From Cirrosporium novae-zelandiae (lineage: Eukaryota), in assembly GCA_026023565.1 (NCBI GenBank), contig JAPETS010000005.1, positions 372,001 to 436,000 of the forward strand: a stretch of 64,000 nt of DNA. Direction: 5' to 3'. This document shows positions 41,320-52,676 of this stretch, piece by piece. The notes below the pieces were generated by a model. It saw only the letters and a program-made list of their open reading frames with translations, ran no database searches and was not told where the DNA came from. The position numbers and the translations under genes were made by a program. The first letter of the stretch is position 1. Each line of letters begins with the position of its first letter.

Positions 41320-41993
41320 GCCACAAATTAGATGTAGGATTTAGACCAGGACTCGGATCCCACCTCGCCGCTATGACCTCCCAAATTTGATTAGAATATT
41401 CCTTTTATGCCTTATGAGATGATGGTGGACAAGTTGGTTATTGCTCAGGAGAGCCTTTTTCTTTTTTTCTTTCTGAGATAGCAAGTATGCAACCTCAGTT
41501 GATGGCAGTGCTTGAAGAGAGGCAGTTCCGCCCTGTTGAGAGAAATCTGTTCCTAAGTTGTCATATAGTGGTTAAGGCTTTACTGCCCCATAAGGCAGAC
41601 AAAAACTTAATCTAAGTAATCAATGAGTCAAGCTACTGCAAGCAATGTTCCAGACTATCGGTAGTCTAGTCTATTTGGTTGCAGAACGCCTTGGGAAGGA
41701 CTGAGGTGACATAATTGGTGGACCTGAATTGCACAGCAAAGCACAGCCGCCAATATTTAGCCGCTGTAGCACGTGGTCTCGCCTTGCGATATTAAACCAT
41801 ACCAGTAGGCCATACTTGGTATTACTGTTGTATTACTATTAGGCATATTGGTTATGGTAATGATATAAAACGGCTCTGTTCACCTCATCTCATGCCTATT
41901 ATTCAAATTTTATCATCACCTTGTGAAATACAAGCGATTATTCACTGAAGTGGAGCCATACAAACCTTAAATTACACTTGCATATTAAGCGAC

Positions 41994-43010
41994 ATGTCGG
42001 ACCCCTCGCCAACCCCACGTTGTTCATCATTTTCTCTTGGTCCCCAAACGTCAACCAGTATGGATATTCTTGGGACCATTAAAAGACGCATCTCTCGAAA
42101 ACATAGTGCCCAAGTAACCTCAAATCATAAATCTGCTCCTCCTAGCAGCAAAGTCAAGCAACCTAGCCAATCTAGCCAATCCAACTGGAACACGTCGTCT
42201 AGCCAAGATATAAATATGCCCCCGCCAGCCTACAGTGCAGTTCCTGCTGCGAATCCCTTCTCCGCACCAATTACAACATTCGATCCCCCCACTCTTGTTC
42301 GAGCTGAGTCTGTATCTGACTCTCAGTTTGCTTTTCTCTCCGAGTTCGATACCATTATCCTCATTGATGATTCCGGATCCATGGCAGGTCGTTCCTGGAG
42401 GGAAACTGGCCAAGCCCTTCAAACCATCACGCCAACTGTGACCCAGTTTGATAAGGATGGTGTTGATATCTACTTCTTAAATCACCGTGAACCTTACCAC
42501 AATGTTACCACAGCTGGTCGTGTCGAGCAGATTTTCGGAACCGTACGACCGGGGGGCGCCACACCCACCGGAACTCGACTCAACGCCATCCTAAAGGAGT
42601 ATATGAGAGATCTCGAAAAACAAATTGCAGCCGAGAAAAATGGCCTCAACATCCCTGCTTCCGAGGCTATCAAGCCTCTCAATATCATCGTCATCACCGA
42701 CGGCGTTCCTACAGATGATGTTGAATCTGTCATCATAGCACATGCTAAAAAGCTCGAAAAGCTCGAAGCCGTTCCATGGCAGGTGGGAGTCCAATTCTTC
42801 CAAGTCGGCTGCGAGCCAGAGGCTGCTGAGGAATTGAGACATCTAGATGATGACCTCAAAGGTGAGGGCATTCGTGATATGGTTGATACGGTACCTTGGA
42901 ACGGAAGTACCACATCCGGGCTTAATGGTAAGGGAATCTTGAAGGTTGTTTTGGGTGCAGTCAATAAGCGTCTGGATCGAAGTAAGAGGAGCGAGGAGTG
43001 GAGGAGATGA
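41994..43010 (+). CDS. Stand-alone von Willebrand factor A domain protein
   Basis: MIDAS DDSGSM, GATPTG, IIVITDG and VQFFQVG motifs; intronless; PPAY motif in the disordered N-terminus. Confidence 0.9.
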   Translation: MSDPSPTPRCSSFSLGPQTSTSMDILGTIKRRISRKHSAQVTSNHKSAPPSSKVKQPSQSSQSNWNTSSSQDINMPPPAYSAVPAANPFSAPITTFDPPTLVRAESVSDSQFAFLSEFDTIILIDDSGSMAGRSWRETGQALQTITPTVTQFDKDGVDIYFLNHREPYHNVTTAGRVEQIFGTVRPGGATPTGTRLNAILKEYMRDLEKQIAAEKNGLNIPASEAIKPLNIIVITDGVPTDDVESVIIAHAKKLEKLEAVPWQVGVQFFQVGCEPEAAEELRHLDDDLKGEGIRDMVDTVPWNGSTTSGLNGKGILKVVLGAVNKRLDRSKRSEEWRR

Positions 43011-43727
43011 ACGAGTCATGCTATGTTTTGGTAGGATTAATGCCTTCTTTCTTTCTTTTTTTCACTTCTTTTGTTACTATTGACATTCGTACCTCTTTTT
43101 TATTACCCTCTTATTTTGGCGTTCTGGAAAACATTGGCTACTAGAGAGAGCACTTGAAACCAGAAAAGGGGAGTTTGGGACACCAAAATTCCAGTCACGT
43201 TAATCTATTCGCCCATAAGCTATAGATTTCTAGAATTATTTAATTGGATAGTAATTACAGAGAACAGCAGAAACTACATCAGTTTTGAGATTAGAAATTA
43301 ATCTTAGAATCACTTCTGCATTACGAATTATCAATTTTAATCCCAATTCCAAAAAAAAGTCTGTTTCGAATCTATGTAGGTAGGTAAGCAAATAACAAAC
43401 TTCCGGCTTAGAATAATTAACTTGGTTTGAGTAACACGGATAGATGTATTGTGTTATTGGATTGTAGACAGATTAATTAGGTCGAGGTTGTAAATTGTTG
43501 TTAAATGGAATTTGAGTGGTAAAGGCTGATAAAGCAAATAGTGAAAACTATGCACCACTTTTGATATCGTTCAAATTATGTAGGCTTGCTGGTTGGTGTT
43601 TATTCCGAGATTTCATCACTTCGTTTTCTTCGTTACTAGTATTAACATACACACAAACAAACATGTAAGTTGAATTAAAACATCACTTTTCAAAATTAAG
43701 TTTCGTCCCCATCCTATTCCAAAACCA

Positions 43728-45559
43728 TCAAACCACGCGCTCATTACTTGGTTCTTCCACCCCAGGATTTGTACAATATGGCCTTTCACAAGCCGTATCC
43801 TGCCTTAGCGATTTGTAGCCCGTTATCTCAGCCCCCATCATGGAATGGCGTTGCGTTCCATTTTCACTATACTTACTACACGAGCGAAGTTTGACACCCC
43901 AAATGAAGATTATGTAGGGAATTGGGAGCATGGCGGCAGAGATGAAGCCGAAGGTGCTTAGGGCCCAGGCGCCAGATATGTTCGTAATCACTGTAGGGGG
44001 AGGAGAGTTAGTATGATAAATAATGGGACTAAGGTTTAATGAGAAGGGGGTAACCGACTTTGGATGATCACGAGGGGGATGACGCCGGCAAGGCTGACTC
44101 AGACACAGGTTGCTGCGGTTAGAGCTGAGAGGGTTCCCTGAGGGGGATAGGCGTCGAATAGATAGCTGATGGTGGAAACCTGGGAGGGCGGAGGTTAATA
44201 ATATGTTCGGATGGTGTGAATTCATTCGGAATACTAGAAGGGGAGGATGCTTACTAGGATACACATGCTATCCCAGACGTAGACTCCGGTACCGAAAATA
44301 GGGGCAACATAACTAGTGGTAGGAGTCGCACTCCACCCAACCCAAAATAATGAAGCTGTCATAAGGATGTTGCCGGCCATTGCTGGATACATACGATATT
44401 TGATGCTCATTATACCAGTGCAGTTGCTCTTCCTTACGGCAAACGGGAATGTGATTTTATCTTGAGTTATGGAAGTGAGCGCGGCAAGCAGTGAATCATA
44501 AATTGCGGAAATGAATGCTAGGCCGATTCGGTGAAGGTTGAACCCGTAGGCTAGATTTAGAACTGCGGGGACAGATATAAACCATGAAAAGAAAACGCCG
44601 AAATTGAGGGCTAGGTAAAGAGAGATAGCTATCACAAGTGGTTCTGAGACCAACATTCTTAAAGGGATGAAGAACGTGAGTTGAGACATTTGGGCGAGCA
44701 TGACATCGCTTTGAGCGGCAGGAAGATTACGAGGGACACCGGTTCGTCTGGCTCGCGCACGAATAATCTCACGAGGATATGTTTCTGGGAAGTTAATACC
44801 GAAAAGATAGGCTACAAGAGCGAGCATGAGGGTTATCCATTAGGTTCAGCGTTAATTTTCGGCAGGGATAATGAAACCGCAGATTAGAGGACCTAGGTAG
44901 TTGGAAGCCTTGGGTGAGCTATGTTTGCTTTTGATTCATTGCTAGTTTATGCTTACCACAAGCGGCTCCAATGTATGAAGCCAGAGACAAGACTGAATAA
45001 TATGATACTGTCACCCTAGGAGCCCAGACATCGGCAAAAGTTCCTTCAATCAACACGAGGATAAGACCACCGAAGAGTCCGGCAAAAAATCGACAGACGG
45101 TTAATGAAGCAAAGTTCGTTGACCACCCTGCTCCTAAGACAAACAAGCTGGATATGGGTAGACTGACAAAGTAGATGGGGGATCGACCAAAGCGTTCGGA
45201 GATATGAGGGGTGATGATCGGTGCTAATACAATACCAAAGATATAGAGGGACATTCCAAGAATTGCGACTGTCATTGAGACGTTATATTTTTCTATTACG
45301 TCGGGAATTCCAGCAGTGTAAGGGATTATTCCAAAGGCACTATTTTTATCTTAGTAGAGTTGAAATTTGCATATAATGTCCTCTGAAAAACTTACAAAAC
45401 AAAGGTGAACGCAACCGAGACTGCTGAGGTATAGAATTTTTTCATAATTGGCTAGTTTTGCGGATTATTAGGGTCCTGGGAAGACATCATATGGCTAAGA
45501 CCACTCGTTAGTTCATCCATGGGCTGCGCGGGTTGTTCTATATGGGCAGAGGAATTCAT
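43728..45559 (-). pseudogene. MFS drug:H+ antiporter (DHA1-like) pseudogene
   Basis: DPNNPQN*, SERFGRSP, RFFAGLFG and PETY motifs; in-frame stops at Trp/Gln/Arg positions, e.g. N*R*T*W at 44840-44857. Confidence 0.88.
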
Positions 45560-46608
45560 GATAGGACGTTTGAGAGGTTTAGTAGAAAGGAAGACAATGA
45601 ATATAGCGAATAGAAGGGCAACAATGAGAGTTAGTTCAATAATTTGAAGATAGGTTGAGAAGAGGTGTTGATATATTGTTTTGATTCATAATAGCACTGA
45701 CTAGATGGAGAGAGAAACAATGCTGATTTATATCTTTCGAACACGAAAAAAGGCATATGAGATAGAGCCTGAAATGATATAGAATAATCAAACGCAGCAG
45801 ATACGGTCAACAAGAAAGAAGTTGATATAATCACGATTCCTAATCTTGGATTCCCGATGTTCATACTGAGCAAAGGTAATTGAAGAAGTTGCCAATCGTT
45901 TATGATTTACCCAAAAGCTTTGATCCTTTGTAAAGCTGAGGCAAATTTTGATAATTAAAAATACTCAATACGCCTATTAATCCTTTCTGTATAAATCGAG
46001 GATGGTAGTTTAAGTTTGGTCTCCCTGATTCCAAATAGTTGAAGTATGTGCCTAAGGTACCTAGCACGTGAGTACCTAGGCACGTGCTAGATAACTACCA
46101 GAATTAATTCTATGAAAAATATGCTATTATCTAATCTTGGCACGGAATATGCCAGAACATCATGATGTAACCTTTCCATTCTGGTATTAGCGTGGATATA
46201 CTCTCCTTTTCTCTAGCTCAATCTACTCTGAATATCTTACTAAGTACACAGTGTCACAGTATCCTACATGGCTGGCTTGCGCCCTCATTCATGGCCGGTT
46301 GCATCATGTTCCATATATAAACAATCTTATGAGAGACCCCGCACAGCCTTCGTAGCTGATAGAGAATTCCCAATCAACCCTAGGAGGAGCAGCCTGGATT
46401 GCTCAGCCTCAGCCTCATGCCCAGTTCCATATCAATATAAGCATAGCCTTTTCAACATGCATAGAATGATTCTGCTTTACTGTTGGATCGTTAGGAAGGT
46501 GAGAGACTAGGTGTCATTGGCAAGATTTAAAGTCTTTGATTTTCTTGAGCCCTCAATTTTTTAACTAGGATTGAATATATTTCTGGCTTTGGTCAGCGTC
46601 TAGTCATA

Positions 46609-48084
46609 ATGGCTTCCCCCGTTGGCGTTGGAGATATCATGGGATGCGCAAAGCTAGCGTATAAAGTGTATGATGCTTTGAAAAATGCACCTCAGGAATT
46701 TCAAGACCTCAGGATGGAAGTGCTTGGCATGCGTACAACACTGAAATCTCTAAGTGAGGATAAAAAGTCAGGGTACTCGTTGCTACAACATTCGCCACCA
46801 CAGAAGGAAGAGGACCTCAAGATGCTCATTCAAAATTGCTACCGAAGCCTCGATGCAATCCAAATTCTTCTCACCCGATACTCTTCGCTAAAAGAAAAGT
46901 ATCAGAGGGGATTTTCCAATCGCGTGAAATTTGCATGGGAAGGAAAACAACTTGTTCGCGAAAAGCTGGCTACGCATACTGCTAATCTAAACATTTTCCT
47001 GACATCGATGACCCACAGCTCTCTTGGACGCATTGAGCAATCCCTTGATGATAGACTGGGTGGTGCCTGGACTGTCATAGGCCGAGATATATATCTAGGA
47101 GGTGCCAATAGGTATCAAATACAACATGTACAAGACCATATCAAACAATACGTGGAATTTCTTCTCAAAGGAGGAGTTCCGTTCTCGGACGAAGAGCTCG
47201 GTGAAAGACTTCGACGGGGATCGGCGGGGATTGAAAGGGAGAATAAAGCACCAAGAGAAAGCAGAGAGGAATACCGGGATTCTGAAAGGAGAGGCAGAAC
47301 AGAGAATTTAAACGATCGGCGTTACGAACAGTTCCAACAACGTGAAACCATAAGGAAAACTAAAGAAGAGCAAAAACGGCTTGCCAAACTGGAAGCCGAT
47401 GAGAAGGTCAAGGAACGTCTCATTCATGACCAACAATCATCCCAGCGTGCTGTTGATGATTTAGTCAAGCTCTTCAATGATGTCTTCGAAACCGGCGAGG
47501 ACATCATGTACACTGACCCTAATGAGTCTGAAAGTTTTCCGTCATCCCCTGAAGTTGAAGCGGCCGCTACGGACATGTCACCATCAGCTGATGATGATAC
47601 GTATATTGCACATGAAGACGAGACTACAAATCAGGACGGAGACAATTGTAACATGCGCAACGCTAGGGAGAAACTGAAAAATCTAATGGCAAAGCAGAAG
47701 GAGGCTGAGCGAACCGGGGATCTGACGAGAGCCGAGGACTTGAGGCTCAATGCAATACCCGCGATTCATGAATGGCTGAGTGAACTAGAAGCAAGGGCTA
47801 CACAATATGAAGACTCAAGGCCATCTATGAGCTCTAAAGAGGGAAAACCACATACCACAAAAACCCAACCGGTACCTGGCTATATATTTGCAAGTCCAGC
47901 TGCAAGTAAATCGAAGAAAAACAAATCCGTACAATATTCGTGCAATTTTTGTGAATCAACTATTGAAAACGTTCGGTTTCACTGTAAGGTGTGCAATGGA
48001 GGGACTTACGATCTTTGCGAGGGTTGCGTTGAGAGTGGTAGGCAATGTCCAGGAGGTCATGTACTCAAACAACGCTCTGCTTAA
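46609..48084 (+). CDS. HeLo-like (fungal STAND N-terminal) domain protein with Hsp104 M-domain-like segment and ZZ zinc finger
   Basis: Intronless 491 aa; N-terminal GVGDI..LAYKVY...APQEFQDL..EV; KEAERTGDLTRAEDLRLNAIP; C-terminal CNFC..FHCKVC..YDLCEGC..C..H. Confidence 0.8.
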   Translation: MASPVGVGDIMGCAKLAYKVYDALKNAPQEFQDLRMEVLGMRTTLKSLSEDKKSGYSLLQHSPPQKEEDLKMLIQNCYRSLDAIQILLTRYSSLKEKYQRGFSNRVKFAWEGKQLVREKLATHTANLNIFLTSMTHSSLGRIEQSLDDRLGGAWTVIGRDIYLGGANRYQIQHVQDHIKQYVEFLLKGGVPFSDEELGERLRRGSAGIERENKAPRESREEYRDSERRGRTENLNDRRYEQFQQRETIRKTKEEQKRLAKLEADEKVKERLIHDQQSSQRAVDDLVKLFNDVFETGEDIMYTDPNESESFPSSPEVEAAATDMSPSADDDTYIAHEDETTNQDGDNCNMRNAREKLKNLMAKQKEAERTGDLTRAEDLRLNAIPAIHEWLSELEARATQYEDSRPSMSSKEGKPHTTKTQPVPGYIFASPAASKSKKNKSVQYSCNFCESTIENVRFHCKVCNGGTYDLCEGCVESGRQCPGGHVLKQRSA

Positions 48085-48510
48085 GAAAAAACGAAGAGGG
48101 TAAAATGATATTTGCCCTAAGATGATATAAATGATTCGCTATGGTAGAAATAGACTCCGAGAATGCGGTGTAATAGTAGTATCTTCGTAATAATAGCAAC
48201 CCTCACGCACCAACAGGAATCTGCATGTGACAGGCCATTGTGTTTTAAGGAACAAGTACTTTGGCAGTTCATCAAGTTACTGATCCCTAAGGATGACGTG
48301 CAAAGTGATCAAATGGTCATGAGCTGATGAAAAAAAAAGATGTCCCACACTCCGAAGCTGCCCGTTTTCTATAGATATCTACTAATAACGAGTCGTGGTC
48401 AAAAGAAGCACTGAGTTCGTTCTTTAGGACCAAAGGGGTTGGTGAGCGCCTAAGATTCTTTCGGTCTAGAGTTGATCACGGACTCACGGCGGAAAGGAAT
48501 TTTAAACATA

Positions 48511-48516
48511 CCGAGG
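48511..48516. promoter_or_regulatory. FarA/FarB-type fatty-acid response site (CCGAGG)
   Basis: CCGAGG about 225 bp upstream of the carnitine acetyltransferase ATG; a single 6-mer, so weak on its own. Confidence 0.45.
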
Positions 48517-48736
48517 CATCTTTCTCCTCTCCCCCCAAGATCCCGACGCCCCCAGATCCTTGACCCCAGACCCCCCCACTGAGATAATAGAACTGTTTTC
48601 CTTCAAGGCTCATGCTAGATTAATACTAATAAGTCGAAAGACTACCTTTGAGACTTGGTCTTTGCTTTCATTCAGAGTTTCCCTAGGAATAGTCCACTCT
48701 CCGCTCCTCTCCTTTCTTTTTAAAACTTCTATTGGG

Positions 48737-50859
48737 ATGTTTATGTTTCGTTCTTTGGCCAGAAGCCGTTCAGCTGCTACAGCTTTCAGGATATCAAGCT
48801 CTCCAAATTTCCCAAACTCTCGATTAACCCTCAAGGTCACATACCCTGAACTATTATAGATGAATATTGGCTAATATTTGGTTGATAGTCTCTTAAAATG
48901 GCACCTTCAAATTCGCGACAAACTCATACTGCAGCAGCTCTCGCAGCTGGTATGTACCCTACTTTCGTATGTGAAGTTGTGAGACGCATTAACTAATTCG
49001 AGCCTTCGAACCTTAGGATACAAGGAAGATAAATCCAAGGGACCAATGTTAAGATTTGAGGACTCGCTGCCCCGATTACCAGTTCCAACCCTGGATGAGA
49101 CAGCCCAACGCTACCTCAAGTCTGTTCACCCTCTCTTAAACCAAACTGAATATGAATATACAAAGAAGGTCGTCTCGGACTTTATTCAGCCAGGGGGAGT
49201 AGGCCAGGACCTGCAAAAGAAATTGATTGCCCGACAGGAAGATCCTACTTGCAAGAATTGGATTATAGACTGGTGGAATGACGCTGCATACCTGGGCTAC
49301 CGTGATCCTGTCGTTCCCTATGTTAGCTACTTCTACTCACATAAAGATGATCGAAGAAGAAAAGATCCAGCGAAGAGGGCAGCTGCTCTTACTACTTCGG
49401 CCTTGGAGTTCAAGAAGCATGTGGACAACAAGACTCTTGAACCAGAGTACATGAGAAAGCTTCCTATAGCCATGTCATCCTATGAGTGGATGTTCAACGC
49501 TTGCCGTGTACCCTCTAAGCCTGCAGACCACCCAGTCAAATACTCGCCTGATGATCATAAATATATACTAGTTATCCGGAAGAACCAGTTCTTCAAGGTT
49601 ATGACCGAAGTCAATGGTCAGCAATTGAACACCTCTGAACTCGAGCAACAGTTCAGGCGTGTCTACGAGAAAGCTGAAAAATCTCTCGCAATCGGTGCTT
49701 TGACCAGCCAGAATCGCGATGTGTGGACTGATGTATATCAAAGGCTACGCGATGCCAGTCCAGCAAATGCTCAAGCTCTCGAGGCCATTCAAGCCTCATC
49801 ATTTGTAGTTTGTCTTGATGATGCTTCTCCCGTCACTCTTGAGGAACGAGCCCGTCAATACTGGCACGGAGATGGTTGCAACCGCTGGTATGACAAACCA
49901 TGCCAATTCATCGTTAATGATAATGGTACCTCCGGCTTCATAGGCGAGCACTCGATGATGGATGGTACTCCTACCCATCGGTTGAATGACACTGTCAATG
50001 CTCTCATCTTCGGCCAAAAACTCGACTTTGAGAACACATCCATCCGATCCGACCTCCCCGAACCCCAAGCCATCCGGTTCCATATCAATCCCGAAATCCA
50101 AAAAGACATCAAAGCCGCCCAACAACACTTTGAACAACAGATCGGACAGCATGAACTCAGAGTCCAGGCCTATCAAGGCTATGGCAAAGGGCTTATCAAG
50201 AGGTTCAAGTGCTCGCCAGATGCCTACGTTCAGATGATTATCCAGCTTGCGTATCATAAGATGTATGGTAAAAACAGGCCAACTTATGAATCGGCAGCTA
50301 CTCGTAAGTTCCAAATGGGAAGAACCGAGACGTGCCGAACTGTCAGCGAGGATAGTGTGGCTTTCTGTAATGCTATGGCAGATCATACTGTCTCACCCCA
50401 GGAGTGCGCGGTCCTCTTCCGAAAGGCTCTTAATGCTCATGTCAAGTACATTTCGGATGCATCTGATGGCAAGGGCGTTGACAGACATCTCTTTGGCTTG
50501 AAGAAACTACTTGAACCTGGACAGGCACCTCCTGAAATTTTCAAGGATCCTGCATTTGCGTACTCAAGTACATGGTATATCAGCAGCAGCCAGTTAAGCT
50601 CTGAATACTTCAATGGTTATGGGTGGAGTCAGGTGGTGGATGATGGCTGGGGTATTGCGTATATGATTAACGAAAACACGTGAGTTGCCTTTGTCGCGCC
50701 AACACACCTCCCGCTGCTAACAATTTATAAAGCATCCAATTTAATGTTGTATCAAAAGGCTTGGGAAGTGAAAGGATGAGTTTCTATCTCAACGAAGCTG
50801 CAGGTGATATTCGTGACATGTTGCTTCCGACCTTGGAGGCACCAAAGGCGAAGATGTAA
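48737..50859 (+). CDS. CAT2: Carnitine acetyltransferase, mitochondrial/peroxisomal (AcuJ)
   Basis: LPRLPVP, EHSMMDG, TYESA and GVDRHL motifs; Arg/Ser-rich presequence; intron 48836-48888; second ATG at 48898; C-terminal AKM. Confidence 0.95.
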
Positions 50860-51287
50860 GATATTTTGCGAATTGACTGGGGGATAGAAATGTGTTTTTA
50901 TAAACGATATGGATATATGAATTTACTAAGTAAGCAAATGCAAGGTAAATAGTAAGGAATATTTTTGAAGATTAATGCCATACGAGAAAAGTAAGCCTTG
51001 TGTGGTAAGTATCGGCTATCTAGGTACCTAGTGACCATATTCACCGACTTGGGCAGAATTTCTGAGGTTCATCAAGCCACGTTTTTGGAAATGTAATTAA
51101 CAACTCAACCAGCCAATTTTTAGATTCCTGATTGATATTTATACTACCTATGATGCTGATAGGAAGATTAACATTCGGAATACTTTGTACTTTGTTTGAA
51201 TAACTGTGAATATCCATGAATTTGTAAAACCGTCACCTACAGCCTAAGCCCTTGATTCAACAGCTCTGAAAGAGCTTGGACGTCAAC

Positions 51288-52126
51288 ATGGTATTGCTAA
51301 TCCTCATAACACTTCCAGTGCACGGGTCTCACTAATTTGCTTTTATTTCTAGAATGTCCTATTCAACACTGCCCTGAAACAATCCAACTCCCTTCGCCGA
51401 GATATCACAACCCTCTCAGCCCCAGACACACCCCCCGCGGCCCTCCCCGCTCTACAAGGGCAAATATCTACCACCCTCACTTCTTTCTCCCGTACCCTTT
51501 CCGACTACTCTATCGCCATCAGAAATGAGCCGATCCCTTCCAAACAAGAAAAGGCCCAGGAAAGGCTGGAAAGGTTCAGAGGGGAGCTGGACGAGTTCAA
51601 ACCGGAGTTTGAGAGAATTAAGAAAGCAAAGGAAGAAGAGCGAATAGCGCAAGACAGAGGCGAGCTTTTCGGACGAAGCGGAACAGCAGGACGGCGAAGG
51701 GGCCGAGAAGCAACTAGCACGCCTGAAAACCCCTACGCTGATGCTACCCTTTCCCCAACAGTTGCTCAAGCAAACCCCCTCTTTGCGCATCGCTCTGGCG
51801 CGCCCCCACAGTCTCTTTCATTTGGCTCCGCCGACCCCACACGGGAGTCCCACACGCTGCGCGAACAATCTTTCCTTTCACAGACAGGCACCCAGATTGA
51901 TGAGTTCCTGGAACGCGGGCGCGCAGTTCTAGGAGATCTGGGACAGCAACGGGAGGTGATGAAGGGGACGCAGAAGAGGCTTTACAGTGTAGGAACAACG
52001 CTGGGGATTAGTGGAGAGACAATCCGGATGGTCGAGAGGAGGGCTAGGCAAGATAAGTGGATATTTTGGGGAGGGGTGATTACGTTTTTGTTATTTTGTT
52101 GGGGGGTGATTTGGTTGTTTAAGTGA
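51288..52126 (+). CDS. BOS1: ER-Golgi Qb-SNARE Bos1
   Basis: ATG-only first exon, then NVLFNTALKQS...; SNARE segment TLGISGETIRMVERRARQDKWIF followed by a C-terminal TM helix. Confidence 0.9.
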
Positions 52127-52676
52127 TTGATTTGAAGAGAAAAGAGGTGGGGGGGGGGTGTTCAGGCGTCTTCGGGGGTGGGATGGTTTATCGTATTTAC
52201 GGGTTTGCAGCAAAGAAGTGTGTTTGCGGGTACCTAGGTACCTAGGTAGTTATGGATTACTCTAACCTTGGTATTTTCTTTAAGAAGCTATCCATCTATT
52301 ATACATTATACTTATACTTATACATTTATACATTACACTTGTATATTCTAGGACCTGCATATAAAGCATGGGGTGGATAATGTAGCTTGACTAGCCAGGT
52401 AATTAATACAGGATTGGATTAAGACTTCCGCAACCCCGGGGGTTCCATCACGGGAGCTTTTTCCGGCTCTGCCTCGTTCCCTCAACAAAAGTCTTGGCGT
52501 TGAGGCACTCTATTAGTTCTTGTCTCTCCGATTCCAAAGAAAATTACCGCATCCTTCTTACATCTTCTTACTTACAATCCCACTCATCTTTCTCCTCTAG
52601 ACCGGGACAAATCTCCTCTCTCAATTGTATTTTCTTTTTCTATTCAATAGACTTAGTTCATATACACCATTCAACA

